Assembly: GCA_963735035.1 (NCBI GenBank)
Contig: CAVTJJ010000004.1
Coordinates: forward strand, 1,184,001-1,248,000
Source: an uncultured candidate division Zixibacteria bacterium
GTDB lineage: Bacteria; Zixibacteria; MSB-5A5; GN15; FEB-12
Direction: 5' to 3'
Length of the DNA stretch: 64,000 nt
A program made the position numbers and the translations under genes. Every line of letters begins with the position of its first letter. Positions within the stretch are counted from its first letter, which is position 1. Below are positions 39,295 through 49,150 of the stretch, piece by piece. A model generated the notes under the pieces. That model saw only the letters and a program-made list of their open reading frames with translations. It did no database searches and had not been told where the DNA came from.

Positions 39295-40377
39295 ATGTAC
39301 TTTTCGTTACCCAAAGAATATCGCGAAGCGGCCACGCCCCAACTTGAAGAGCGCATTCAGGCGGCCCGACAGAAGCTGGGCGCTCGCCTCAAGATACTCG
39401 TGCATCATTACCAGCGGATGGAGGTAGTCCGCTTTGCCGACTATGTCGGCGACAGCTACGATCTTTCCAAAACTGCCGCCGCCCAGAAAGAAGCGGAGAT
39501 CATTGTCTTTTGCGGTGTGCATTTCATGGCCGAATCGGCGGACATATTGACTTCGGCCGCCCAGAATGTCTATCTGGCGAACCCGCTCGCCGGCTGCCCG
39601 ATGGCCGACATGGCCGAGATGGCTGACGTTTTCGAAGCTTGGAAATACCTCGAGCCGTTCGGCGGCGCCGAACGCATCATGCCGGTATCTTACATGAATA
39701 CGACCGCCGGATTGAAAGCCTTCACCGGCCGCAACGGCGGCCTGATTTGTACGTCGTCGAATGCCGACGCCGCCCTGCGGTATGCTTTCGAACGCCGCGA
39801 CAAAGCGTTCTTCTTCCCCGATGAAAACCTCGGTTTGAACACCGGACGCAAGATGGGACTGAAACCGGACGAGATGATCGTCTGGGACTTTTCTCGTGAC
39901 TCCGGCGGGCTGTCCAAAGATCAAATCGAACGAGCCAAACTGATCCTCTGGAAGGGCCACTGTCACGTCCATACGAATTTCACGCCGGATCACGTTCGAC
40001 TCATGAGGCAGAAGTATCCCGGTGTAGGGATCGTTGTGCATCCGGAGTGCATTCCCGAAGTAGTCGATTTGGCGGACGCGGCCGGTTCGACCAAGTTTAT
40101 CGTCAAGTACTGCGAAACCGCGCCCGCAGGCTCGGTGATCGCGATCGGAACCGAAGTCAATCTGATCCACCGGATGGCCGAAATGTACCCCGACAAGACC
40201 GTGCTGCAGTTGTCGGGTGACATCTGCCCGGTCTGCGCCAACATGTACCGCACTACGCTCAATGATCTATCTTACTGTCTGGATCATTACGCCGACATCA
40301 AGCCGGTGGTGGTCAACGAACCGGATCGAAGTGACGCCCTGCTCGCCCTGGAGCGGATGCTGGAGATCGGGCGCTGA
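39295..40377 (+). CDS. nadA: Quinolinate synthase
   Basis: HHYQ, FCGVHFMAE, AGCPMADM, CTSSNA, GHCHVH, VHPEC and CANM motifs. Confidence 0.95.
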   Translation: MYFSLPKEYREAATPQLEERIQAARQKLGARLKILVHHYQRMEVVRFADYVGDSYDLSKTAAAQKEAEIIVFCGVHFMAESADILTSAAQNVYLANPLAGCPMADMAEMADVFEAWKYLEPFGGAERIMPVSYMNTTAGLKAFTGRNGGLICTSSNADAALRYAFERRDKAFFFPDENLGLNTGRKMGLKPDEMIVWDFSRDSGGLSKDQIERAKLILWKGHCHVHTNFTPDHVRLMRQKYPGVGIVVHPECIPEVVDLADAAGSTKFIVKYCETAPAGSVIAIGTEVNLIHRMAEMYPDKTVLQLSGDICPVCANMYRTTLNDLSYCLDHYADIKPVVVNEPDRSDALLALERMLEIGR

Positions 40378-40446
40378 TCGTTCGTTCTTGATTCCCGTCT
40401 CATAGGTTCACATATTGCGCCGTCGCTACAACGATGGAAGCAGACT

Positions 40447-42519
40447 ATGTCCAGTTCCCAGGATGAACCCATTGCCGAAAGACATTTGAATAGACAGTCG
40501 CAGGCTGAGCCTGGCGCCTGGGCGCTGTGGCTGGTATATGGCTGCACGGTCTGGTTCATCTTCGCCGCTGCTTTCTTTCCGGAAGATCGCCTATGGGGAA
40601 TCAACTGGTATGGGTATTTCTCCTGGTACGGACCGCTGATTCTGTTGCTGACGGGCACCGCGCTGCCGCTCGTATTGATTCTGCGGAAGGGAACCCCTGA
40701 TTCTGAAATAGAGAAGCCATTCTGGCCGACCGCCTTGCTGTTGACAGCCCTTTTCGGGGTCGTCTATGTAGTATTCTCCGCCCGTTTGCATTTTCTCGGG
40801 GACGGCTATCAACTGTTGACATCGCTGCAAAGCGGAGTCAACCACAAGCCGTGGGAAAGCGGAACGTTTCTAATCCAGAAATGGGTGTATGCTGTGCTGG
40901 GGAGTGACGGGGAGAAGATGGCGGAGTTTGCCTTGCAGATCGTGTCCTATGCCTCTGGTATCGCCTTCGTCTTAGTCAGCGCCTTAGCCAGTGTGAGATT
41001 GTTTTCAAGCTATGGGAGGCGAGTACTCTATTTCCTTGGGGTGAATACGGGCGGTTACGCACTCCTGTTCTTCGGCTATCTGGAGTCTTATCCTCTGTTT
41101 GTTCTGACCGTAGGATCCTTCTTTCAAATCGGGCTTCTGGTCAGTCAGGACAAACTATCTCGATGGCTTATCCTGCCCCTTCTGGGAGCAGCGGCGTTCT
41201 TTCATATCTTCACGGTCGCACTGCTGCCGGGGGCGCTGTACCTGTTCTTAAGGGGCACTCCTACCGGAAAACGCATTGCGGGACTGACAACAAGAGTAAA
41301 GACTGCTCTGGTGGCAACCATATTTACCGTCTGCGCAGCAGTGTTCCTGTACTTCTACATCAATTCGTATTTCTTCCGGTTCACGATCGTATCACCGTAT
41401 ACGAGTCGATTTACGGTGGAAGGTTACAATCTGTTTTCGGGCAAACATCTGCTCGACTACGTCAATCATTTCTTTCAACTCTTTCCCGGACTGGCGGTCG
41501 TCCTGGCAGTATTATGGCTGAATCGAAAAAGTCTTGTGCTTCGACGGCCGGAAATCACATTCACGCTCCTGACCCTGTTGCCGTCGATGGGGCTCGTATT
41601 CATTTTCAATCCAGGGCTGGGATTCCCGCGCGACTGGGACCTGTTCAGCTTTGTCGGCATACCGCTTGTGTGCGGAGCGTTCTATGTGCTGCTCAATGAG
41701 CGGTGTCGTTTCACCCTCGGCAAACAGGCCGCTGTCCTGACGATTGGGATTGGTTGCCTGCTTCTGGCGCCGCGTGTGGCCACTCAGGCCATCCCTGACA
41801 AGGCGATCTCCGTCTTTAACAACTATGCTGCCCTCGATGTTATCAGAAACGAAACGGGACGATTCATCCTGCTGACTCTTCTGGAAAAGCAGGGTCGTCT
41901 CGACGAGAAAGCCGAGCGTGAGCGCCAGAACGTCTTCCAGTTACCACATCAAATCTGGTATCAGGAGGGAGAGATTCTGTATCGTGATGGCAAGATGGCG
42001 CAGGCTGAGCAGAAATTCCGACGGTCGATTGAATATGCCCCGAGTTTCGCCTATGCCTGGGCGAACATCGGCGTCTGCTTCTCGCAGCGTAAACAGTGGG
42101 ATTCGGCCCTGGTTTACTTTCAAATAGCCGACGCTCTGAATCCATTCAACAGTGATACTTACAACTCACTGGGCTGGGTCTATTTGAACCAGGGTGATAC
42201 GGTAAGCGCCGACAAATACTGGCTGAAGGCTCTACGGCTGAGTCCTGTCAACTTTCTGGCGCGGGCCAACCTGGTGAACCTGTACCGGCAGCAGAACCGT
42301 CGCGACGAAATGAAGAAGCTCCTTATTGAAGTCCTTGAACTGACCGATGTGCCGTCTAAGGTTTACTATGAATCGGCCGAGCAGCTCCTTCAACTGGGTG
42401 ACAGCGAGGCCGCAAGCCGCATTTGCCGACGTGCCCTCGATACCGGAGTCGACCGAACCGTGTTTACTCGGCTCGAAACCGAATATCCCGGCTTCAAGGT
42501 GCCCGTTGCCACACAGTGA
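40447..42519 (+). CDS. Polytopic membrane protein with C-terminal TPRs (possible GT-C glycosyltransferase)
   Basis: About 13 hydrophobic segments; HFLGDGY, GYLESYP and RDWDLF motifs; TPRs (AWANIGVCF, TYNSLGWVY). Confidence 0.7.
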   Translation: MSSSQDEPIAERHLNRQSQAEPGAWALWLVYGCTVWFIFAAAFFPEDRLWGINWYGYFSWYGPLILLLTGTALPLVLILRKGTPDSEIEKPFWPTALLLTALFGVVYVVFSARLHFLGDGYQLLTSLQSGVNHKPWESGTFLIQKWVYAVLGSDGEKMAEFALQIVSYASGIAFVLVSALASVRLFSSYGRRVLYFLGVNTGGYALLFFGYLESYPLFVLTVGSFFQIGLLVSQDKLSRWLILPLLGAAAFFHIFTVALLPGALYLFLRGTPTGKRIAGLTTRVKTALVATIFTVCAAVFLYFYINSYFFRFTIVSPYTSRFTVEGYNLFSGKHLLDYVNHFFQLFPGLAVVLAVLWLNRKSLVLRRPEITFTLLTLLPSMGLVFIFNPGLGFPRDWDLFSFVGIPLVCGAFYVLLNERCRFTLGKQAAVLTIGIGCLLLAPRVATQAIPDKAISVFNNYAALDVIRNETGRFILLTLLEKQGRLDEKAERERQNVFQLPHQIWYQEGEILYRDGKMAQAEQKFRRSIEYAPSFAYAWANIGVCFSQRKQWDSALVYFQIADALNPFNSDTYNSLGWVYLNQGDTVSADKYWLKALRLSPVNFLARANLVNLYRQQNRRDEMKKLLIEVLELTDVPSKVYYESAEQLLQLGDSEAASRICRRALDTGVDRTVFTRLETEYPGFKVPVATQ

Positions 42520-42526
42520 TGGTGAT

Positions 42527-44572
42527 ATGATGATGTCAGGCAAGACAGACGAAAGATTCGGCGTAGTGGTCTGGGTATATTGTGCCACTCTGGTGGTGAT
42601 AGTGGCCTCGTCGTTTGTTCCTGATCTCCGTCTCTGGGGATTCAACTGGTACGCCTACTTTCCCTGGTATTGGCTGGCATTGTTGGCGGTGGTTGGCGTC
42701 GGTGCGCTAATAATCGCCCTTCAAATGAAGGGCAGTGTCGCCGCCGAAGATACTGGCACGAGATCGTTCAAGACGTTTTGGCTCACGGCATCACTTCTGA
42801 CCGCTTTCTTTGTCATGGCGTTCTTCCTATTTTCTGCCCGCACGCATTTCCTCGGCGACGGGTATCAGTTGCTCGCCTCACTGCAAAGCGGTGTGAATCA
42901 CAAGCCGTGGGAGATGGGGACCTTCATGGTTCAGAAGTGGGTCTACTCGCTCTCGGGCGGAGGAGGGGAGAAGTCGGCCGAACTCGCTCTGCAGCTTGTC
43001 TCCTGTATTGCCGGAGCGTTGTTTGCTCTGGTCAGTGCCTTTGTGGCGTCGCGCCTATTCGCGAGCTATATTAGACGACTCCTGTATCTTCTGGGTGCCA
43101 CTACCGGCGGGTATGCGCTGCTCTTCTTCGGCTATTTCGAATCTTATCCACTTTTTGTCTTGTCGGTGGGCTGTTTGTTTCAAGTCGGCCTGCTTGTAGT
43201 GCGAGACAAATTATCGCGCTGGTATATCCTGCCGTTCCTGGCTGTCGCGGCATTCTTCCATATATTCGTCGTAGCGTTGTTGCCAGCGGTCATCTATTTG
43301 CTCCTGAGGGATACCGTCGTTGGGAAACGGGTTTCAAGTGCAAGTGTTCGAACAAAGACAATCGCGGTGACCGCTCTGATACTATTTGCCGTCGCGACAT
43401 TCGCGCACTTCTACTATCACTCGCTCTTCTTCAGATTCACTATCGTTCCGCTTCTAACCGATCGCAACACGGTCGAAGGGTACACGCTCTTCTCGGGAAA
43501 GCACCTGCTCGACTATCTGAATCACCTCTTCCAGTTGTTCCCCGGAATGGCCGTGGCATCAGTCGCCTTATGGCCTGTTCTAAGAAGCCAGGCGATACGG
43601 CGTTCGGATGTTATCTACGTGCTCTTGTCGCTTCTACCGTCAATGGGTCTCGTCTTCATCTTCAATCCCGGCCTAGGGTTTCCTCGTGATTGGGACCTGT
43701 TCTGTTTTGTGGGCGTACCACTGGTGTGTGGCGCGTTCTACCTGCTTCTTGACGAAGCACGGCCTTCAAGCTCCGGAGTCAGTGGAGCAGTGCTGTCTGT
43801 GGCTTTGGGCCTTCTGATCCTGGCGCCGAGAGTTGCGAGTCAGTACATCCCCGAGACGAGTATAGCCGTGTTTGATCGATACGCGCAGCTCGACCGAGTG
43901 AAGAACAGCACGGGTCGTTATCTCGTACGGCAGTATCTGGAAAGCCGCGGCGAAGCCGAAGAAGCAGAGCGGAGGCGCGTGCTGGATAACGCGACCCTAC
44001 CGGAAGGGGAATGGATCGACCAGGCCGGCCGTTTGATTGCCGAGGGGAAGGTTGACGAAGGTATTGTCTTGCTGCGCAAGGCGACGGTCTCTGATCCGAC
44101 CCACTATGCGGCCTGGGGGAATCTTGGCATTGCGTATGGCATCCTTGAGATGAATGATTCCGCGGCGCTGTTCCTCGAGATCGCCGACGCTCGCATGCCG
44201 TATAACGCCGAGGTCAAACGCAATCTTGGCAGCATCTACTTTGCAGAGGGCAAATATGAATCAGCCGAGCGATTGTTTCGTGAATCAGCCGCGATAGCAC
44301 CAGACAATCCGAAGACCATAGTTCGGATGCTCCTGCTGTATGAGAAGCTCGGTCGGGAAGCTGACCTACTGGCACTTCTTGATGCTTCTCAGGCAAAGCA
44401 ATTATCGAGTGTTCTGCTACTGATGGAGTCAGCTGAGCTCGGTATGAAATCCGGTGAGGACGCCGTGGGTGCGGCGCTGCTTCGGCGGGCGCTCAAGATG
44501 GGTGCGGACACAAATACTATCTGCGAACTGCAACGTCGCTACCCCCGGATTCACCTGATCAATTGCCCGTGA
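42527..44572 (+). CDS. Tandem paralogue: polytopic membrane protein with TPRs
   Basis: Same motifs HFLGDGY, GYFESYP and RDWDLF; TPRs (AWGNLGIAY, NLGSIY). Start placed after the previous stop. Confidence 0.7.
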   Translation: MMMSGKTDERFGVVVWVYCATLVVIVASSFVPDLRLWGFNWYAYFPWYWLALLAVVGVGALIIALQMKGSVAAEDTGTRSFKTFWLTASLLTAFFVMAFFLFSARTHFLGDGYQLLASLQSGVNHKPWEMGTFMVQKWVYSLSGGGGEKSAELALQLVSCIAGALFALVSAFVASRLFASYIRRLLYLLGATTGGYALLFFGYFESYPLFVLSVGCLFQVGLLVVRDKLSRWYILPFLAVAAFFHIFVVALLPAVIYLLLRDTVVGKRVSSASVRTKTIAVTALILFAVATFAHFYYHSLFFRFTIVPLLTDRNTVEGYTLFSGKHLLDYLNHLFQLFPGMAVASVALWPVLRSQAIRRSDVIYVLLSLLPSMGLVFIFNPGLGFPRDWDLFCFVGVPLVCGAFYLLLDEARPSSSGVSGAVLSVALGLLILAPRVASQYIPETSIAVFDRYAQLDRVKNSTGRYLVRQYLESRGEAEEAERRRVLDNATLPEGEWIDQAGRLIAEGKVDEGIVLLRKATVSDPTHYAAWGNLGIAYGILEMNDSAALFLEIADARMPYNAEVKRNLGSIYFAEGKYESAERLFRESAAIAPDNPKTIVRMLLLYEKLGREADLLALLDASQAKQLSSVLLLMESAELGMKSGEDAVGAALLRRALKMGADTNTICELQRRYPRIHLINCP

Positions 44573-44573
44573 A

Positions 44574-45398
44574 CTAGGGATTCGTCGATGAGTCCGCTCT
44601 ATTGATACGATTCCGTTTCATATTCATCAGATAGATCAACAATCCGCCGGTAAACAGCCCATAAGATACCAACTGGTTCCAGGTCGGGTTCATCCCCCAC
44701 AACGACAAATGCATCTCGCTCTCGTAATATCGAACGTACTCAATCGCCCAGCGAAAGACCGCCTCGACCATCAGGAATATGGCCACGGCCTGGCCGATGA
44801 AGCGTCGATGCTTCACGAGAAAATGCAGGGCTATGAAAAGTCCCAGGCCGTAGAGGGAACTGTAAATCTGCGCGGGGTGGAGATGCTGCGACCCGAAGAT
44901 ACTGGCCGGGATCGAGTCCGGTGGGAAAACCACCCCCCAGGGAAGGTCGGTGGGGGTGCCAAAACAGCAACCGTTCAAGTAACAGCCGATGCGGCTTATC
45001 CCGATGCCTAGCCCGAGGGCCGGAGCGAAATAGTCAAATACGTCCAGGACTTGCAGGTGTTTGATACGGGCGTAGACGAACGAACCGATCATGGCCAGCA
45101 TGACGCCGCCGTACAGGTTTAATCCGGCAATGCCGAACTGACCCGACTGGAATGGGTTGATGATGCCCAGAAGGTTGTTGGAAAAATCGGCCCAGTGGAG
45201 CACCACATAGAACAGCCTGGCTCCGATGATGCCGCCCAGGATCATGATATAGGCAAACGTGAGGTAGATGTCGAACGGTTTCCGGTCGCGGGTTGTCACC
45301 TTCTGGATATAGAATACACCCACCAGAAACGACAACGCCAGCATGAGTCCGAAAGAACGAACAGGGATAGGACCGATATGAAACAACTCAGGGCACAT
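44574..45398 (-). CDS. lgt: Prolipoprotein diacylglyceryl transferase
   Basis: GARLFYV, YGG, RIGCYLNGCCFG, HPAQIY and R..IE..R motifs. Confidence 0.93.
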   Translation of the reverse strand: MCPELFHIGPIPVRSFGLMLALSFLVGVFYIQKVTTRDRKPFDIYLTFAYIMILGGIIGARLFYVVLHWADFSNNLLGIINPFQSGQFGIAGLNLYGGVMLAMIGSFVYARIKHLQVLDVFDYFAPALGLGIGISRIGCYLNGCCFGTPTDLPWGVVFPPDSIPASIFGSQHLHPAQIYSSLYGLGLFIALHFLVKHRRFIGQAVAIFLMVEAVFRWAIEYVRYYESEMHLSLWGMNPTWNQLVSYGLFTGGLLIYLMNMKRNRINRADSSTNP

Positions 45399-46320
45399 CT
45401 TGCGTCCTTATTACGTTAGATACATTCACGGCGATAATTCGCTCGCTCGGCCGCTCCAGGAACTTCCATACGATCCATACCGAAATCGCACCGAGCAGCG
45501 CGCCGATCACCATATCGCTCATATAATGGAACCGGCCCCAGAAAGTTCCGAGTGCCAGCCCGGCCGCAATCGGTAGCAGCCACCATGCAGCGCGTCGGTA
45601 GTAGCGAAAACAAAACATCAATGTCACCAGGGCCACGCCCGTATGCGACGAAGGCATTGCGCCGCCCCGGATGGCCGCGTGCTCGATCACAAAATCCACC
45701 AACTTGCGAAACAGCGGGCCTTCGATCGGGTTCACATACTCGCCGGCCAGGTACCAGCGCGGTCCCTCTACCGGATACAACCAGAACAGTAGATAAGAAA
45801 CAAAAAAAGTCAGGCTCGCGGCGGCCAGATAGTCGCGGATGATCTTGTAGTCGCGACGGACAAACGCCGGAATCAGGAAGCCGGGCAGCATCAGGTAATA
45901 ACAGAAATAGCAGAAAGACAGGATTTCAGTCAGCCCCTGGTAGAGCAGATGGCGGTCGATGAGAAGCGTTACTTCTTCACCCAGTAGAGTTCTTTCCCAG
46001 GCTACTACCTGACCGTCAAAGAAATGATCAAAAAGCAGAAAGATCTGTCCTCCGGTCATGCGATAGAAGAAGATGAACATGATGGCGGGATAGAGGATGC
46101 GGAAGAAGGCTTTGGTCCGATTGGCCGTTTCATCTACAAAGCGAACTATCAGGACAGTCAGAAGAGCCATGCCCATATAGAATAGCAGTTCGCCGATGTA
46201 TTCATTCAGGGGTCTTCCCAACATCGCGATAACCAGAAACATAAGGAGGCAATAGGCGAGTACGATCCGGTCGACCGGATACCAGACGACCGGTCTTTGC
46301 AAGGCGGGCTCAGTCGTCAC
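45388..46320 (-). CDS. PAP2-superfamily membrane phosphatase/phosphotransferase (Aur1/PAP2_3-like)
   Basis: YPVEGPR, AMPSSHTG and RFHYMSD motifs; multiple TMs. Confidence 0.8.
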   Translation of the reverse strand: MTTEPALQRPVVWYPVDRIVLAYCLLMFLVIAMLGRPLNEYIGELLFYMGMALLTVLIVRFVDETANRTKAFFRILYPAIMFIFFYRMTGGQIFLLFDHFFDGQVVAWERTLLGEEVTLLIDRHLLYQGLTEILSFCYFCYYLMLPGFLIPAFVRRDYKIIRDYLAAASLTFFVSYLLFWLYPVEGPRWYLAGEYVNPIEGPLFRKLVDFVIEHAAIRGGAMPSSHTGVALVTLMFCFRYYRRAAWWLLPIAAGLALGTFWGRFHYMSDMVIGALLGAISVWIVWKFLERPSERIIAVNVSNVIRTQDVP

Positions 46321-47023
46321 TCACATCATCCTTGGTCCGATCGGCACCGCCCACGACCAGCACGATCTCTCCCTTGATCGCTCGTTTCGAGATTTGGGTA
46401 GCAATTCCGCTCAGGGTTCCTCGAATGAATTCCTCGAACTTCTTGGAGATTTCACGCGCCAGGCAAGCCGGGCGGTCGCCGAGTACTTCGTGCATGTCGG
46501 TGACAGTCTTGACTACCCGGTGGGGGGATTCGTAGAACACCAGCGTATGGGGGAGTTCGCGAAGTTGCTCCAGCCGTCGGCGCCGAGCTGCGCCTTTGTT
46601 GGAAAGGAAGCCCTCGAAAAAAAATCGGTCGGTTGGCAGCCCGGAAGCGGTAAGCGCTGGAATGATAGCACACGGCCCCGGCAGTGCGACCAGATTGAGA
46701 CCACTGTCGATTGCGGCCCGGACAATTCGGTAAGCCGGATCGGATACACCCGGCGAACCGCCGTCGGAAACCACGGCCACACTGAGCCCTTGGCGTACGG
46801 ATTCCACGAGTTGTTCGGCGCGTTCGCGTTCGTTGAATTCGTGATAGCTTACCAGCCGCTTCGAGATTCCCAATTTATGCAGCAGATTGCCGGAGGTTCG
46901 GGTATCCTCACACGCCACCATATCTACCGAATTGAGAATTTCGATGGCCCGCGCGGTGATGTCGCTCATATTGCCGATCGGCGTCGGGATCAGATAAATC
47001 GTGCCGGGATTGATTGACATCAC
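46310..47023 (-). CDS. rsmI: 16S rRNA (cytidine1402-2'-O)-methyltransferase
   Basis: PTPIGN, ACEDTR, SDGGSPGVSDP, YESPHR and AREISKKFEE motifs. Confidence 0.95.
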   Translation of the reverse strand: MMSINPGTIYLIPTPIGNMSDITARAIEILNSVDMVACEDTRTSGNLLHKLGISKRLVSYHEFNERERAEQLVESVRQGLSVAVVSDGGSPGVSDPAYRIVRAAIDSGLNLVALPGPCAIIPALTASGLPTDRFFFEGFLSNKGAARRRRLEQLRELPHTLVFYESPHRVVKTVTDMHEVLGDRPACLAREISKKFEEFIRGTLSGIATQISKRAIKGEIVLVVGGADRTKDDVSDD

Positions 47024-47033
47024 AGTACCCGTG

Positions 47034-47840
47034 TCAGGTGAGTTGAATGCGGGCAGGCACCGCTGCTCGTCCCAGTGAAGCGAACGGCGGGGGAACGCGC
47101 TTGAAAGCGTTTTTGTTCATGAGCGTCACCACGCGCTTGACATCTTCCGGCCGAAATCCCTCACTTACAAGAGCCGCCAGCGATGTTTCGCCGTCGTCGA
47201 CAATTCGCCTCAGGATGCCGTCGATCTTCTCATAAGTTACGCCGATTTCACCCTCGTCGGTCTGGTCGGCCCAGAGATCGGCGGTTGGCGCCTTAATAAG
47301 AATACTCTCAGGTACTTTCAGCTTGCGAGCCAACTGGCGTACCTCGGATTTGTAGAGTTCGCCGATTGGGTCGACCGAGCAGGCAGCGTCGCCATAAATG
47401 GTCGTATAGCCGAGACAAAATTCCGTGCGGTTACCGGTGCCCAGTACGAGTCGATTAGTCTCATGAGCGATATCAAACAGGATCGACATCCGCTCGCGGG
47501 CCATTTTGTTACCGGCCCGAATCCGGTTCGAGGCGTCGATCTTGGGAAAATAAGCATCCACCATTGGGGCGATCGGGATTTCGCGCCACGGAAGCCCGAG
47601 CGCTTTGGCCAACTCCAGGGCGTCACTTCGGGAATGGGCCGACGACGTGCGATAGGGCATGAGCAGGGCCAGAACCTTATCTGGTCCGACTGCGGTGGCA
47701 GCCAGGGCGGCGCTCAGAGCCGAGTCAATGCCACCGGACAGGCCAACCACGTAACCATCCAGCCCCGAAACAGATAGCTGTTCGGCGATGAACCGTTCGA
47801 TGAATGTGATTGACTTATCCACTGAAAACGTATAATTCAC
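47034..47840 (-). CDS. nadE: NH3-dependent NAD+ synthetase
   Basis: GLSGGIDS, GN.MAR.RM, GTGNRTE and PTADLW..QTDE motifs; GTG start at 47840 after GGGAG. Confidence 0.93.
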   Translation of the reverse strand: MNYTFSVDKSITFIERFIAEQLSVSGLDGYVVGLSGGIDSALSAALAATAVGPDKVLALLMPYRTSSAHSRSDALELAKALGLPWREIPIAPMVDAYFPKIDASNRIRAGNKMARERMSILFDIAHETNRLVLGTGNRTEFCLGYTTIYGDAACSVDPIGELYKSEVRQLARKLKVPESILIKAPTADLWADQTDEGEIGVTYEKIDGILRRIVDDGETSLAALVSEGFRPEDVKRVVTLMNKNAFKRVPPPFASLGRAAVPARIQLT

Positions 47841-47906
47841 AGGCGCACTCCCGGGTGCGACACAATAGCAAAACGGGAGGGTGGATTCAAGTGAAATATC
47901 CCTCGC

Positions 47907-47935
47907 TTGACCAGGTGTCGGCGGAGGGTTATATT
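47907..47935 (+). promoter_or_regulatory. Putative sigma70 promoter of ssb
   Basis: TTGACC-N17-TATATT. Confidence 0.6.
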
Positions 47936-47967
47936 CGAACGGCAACACTTGATGGAGGTTTGGGGTA

Positions 47968-48393
47968 ATGAGCGTAAACAAAGCGATTTTGATTGGAAAC
48001 CTGGGCCGGGATCCGGAACTGAAATACACCCCCGGTGGCCAGGCCGTAGCGTCATTCTCACTGGCAACGACCGAAAAATGGAACAGCCAGGATGGGACCA
48101 AGAACGAGAAGACTGTCTGGCACAATATCGTGGCCTGGGGCAAACAGGCCGAGCTGGTGAAGGAATATCTTCACAAGGGACGACAAGTCTATATCGAAGG
48201 TCGAATTGACAACCGGAGCTACGACAAGAAGGACGGCTCCGGCAAAGGATACATCTCGGAAGTGGTCGTCCAGAATATTCAATTTCTCGGCAGTCGTCCC
48301 GAGGGCGGCGCGGCCCCGTCAGCCGGTGGCGATATGCCCTCAACGCCTCCGCCTGAAGGATCTACCGGCGGCGACGACGATCTTCCGTTCTGA
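47968..48393 (+). CDS. ssb: Single-stranded DNA-binding protein
   Basis: NKAILIGNLGRDPE, WHNIV and the C-terminal DDDLPF tail. Confidence 0.97.
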   Translation: MSVNKAILIGNLGRDPELKYTPGGQAVASFSLATTEKWNSQDGTKNEKTVWHNIVAWGKQAELVKEYLHKGRQVYIEGRIDNRSYDKKDGSGKGYISEVVVQNIQFLGSRPEGGAAPSAGGDMPSTPPPEGSTGGDDDLPF

Positions 48394-48417
48394 GCAGCCT
48401 CTGAACAAGACTCCGCT

Positions 48418-48446
48418 AAAGGCCCTGGTGACAGGGCCTTTCTTCT
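48418..48446 (+). terminator. Rho-independent terminator after ssb
   Basis: AAAGGCCCTG-GTGA-CAGGGCCTTT-CTTCT. Confidence 0.75.
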
Positions 48447-48580
48447 GTGCGTTCATTGCCCAGCGAATGTCGGAAATTGGACTAAGCCGCCTCCTATAAT
48501 TGACCGAATCTGGGGATGACAAACGGACGTGGGTGATTATGTCACCTGTGCCGTCTGAAACACGAGAGGAGAACTTTGTT

Positions 48581-49150
48581 ATGTCTACGTCGCTGGTATC
48601 GACCCAGAATATTTTCGACAAAACCCGTCTTTACCGGAAAGCGGCGTTCATGGGTCTGTCGGCGGTACTGGCCTCGGCGGCCATTATAGCCATCTATAAC
48701 AACACCGTGGGCGGGCTGCTGTCGAGCACTCTCCGAGGCGGTCTGGAACTGGCCGTAATCACGATGATGCCGTACATGATCGCGGCTGTGATCGGCATGC
48801 TGACCTCTTTCGGTGTGATGGCGATCCTGCCCAGCGCCAGAGTAGCCGCCCCGGCGGAACAGATCGTGCACCGTCTGCGCGATGTATCCGACGGCGACCT
48901 GACAGTTCGTATCAGGTTGGAAGCCGACGATCCCCTCAAAGAGGTGGGTGTCGCTTTTAACGCCGCCGCCACCAGTATGTCCGACCGTATCGCTCACTGG
49001 AAAGTGATCAATCGGCAGCAGTGGGGCGCTCTGTGCATGATCCGTCAGGCCATTGAAGAGGGTGACCGCGAACGAGCCCTCCGTCACGTCAGCGAAATGG
49101 AACAGAGCTGGGATAGAATTGCCGAGATCGAACAGCAACTAGTCTGTTGA
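48581..49150 (+). CDS. Two-TM membrane protein with a HAMP domain and no output domain
   Basis: Two TMs; AAPAEQI..RLRDVSDGDLTVRIRL...D.L.EV...FN HAMP pattern; GAGGAG RBS. Confidence 0.75.
   Translation: MSTSLVSTQNIFDKTRLYRKAAFMGLSAVLASAAIIAIYNNTVGGLLSSTLRGGLELAVITMMPYMIAAVIGMLTSFGVMAILPSARVAAPAEQIVHRLRDVSDGDLTVRIRLEADDPLKEVGVAFNAAATSMSDRIAHWKVINRQQWGALCMIRQAIEEGDRERALRHVSEMEQSWDRIAEIEQQLVC

Noticed and set aside
42347..42526. Upstream ORF-track starts for the second TPR protein (similarly 22281, 22823, 24858, 55758)
   Set aside because: They overlap the preceding genes; downstream starts with an RBS or stop-start coupling match the paralogues or signal peptides.
47841..48143. N-terminal extension of NadE given by the ORF track (possible glutaminase domain)
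   Set aside because: It overlaps ssb and its promoter on the other strand and has no nitrilase motifs; a GTG with RBS at 47840 fits better.
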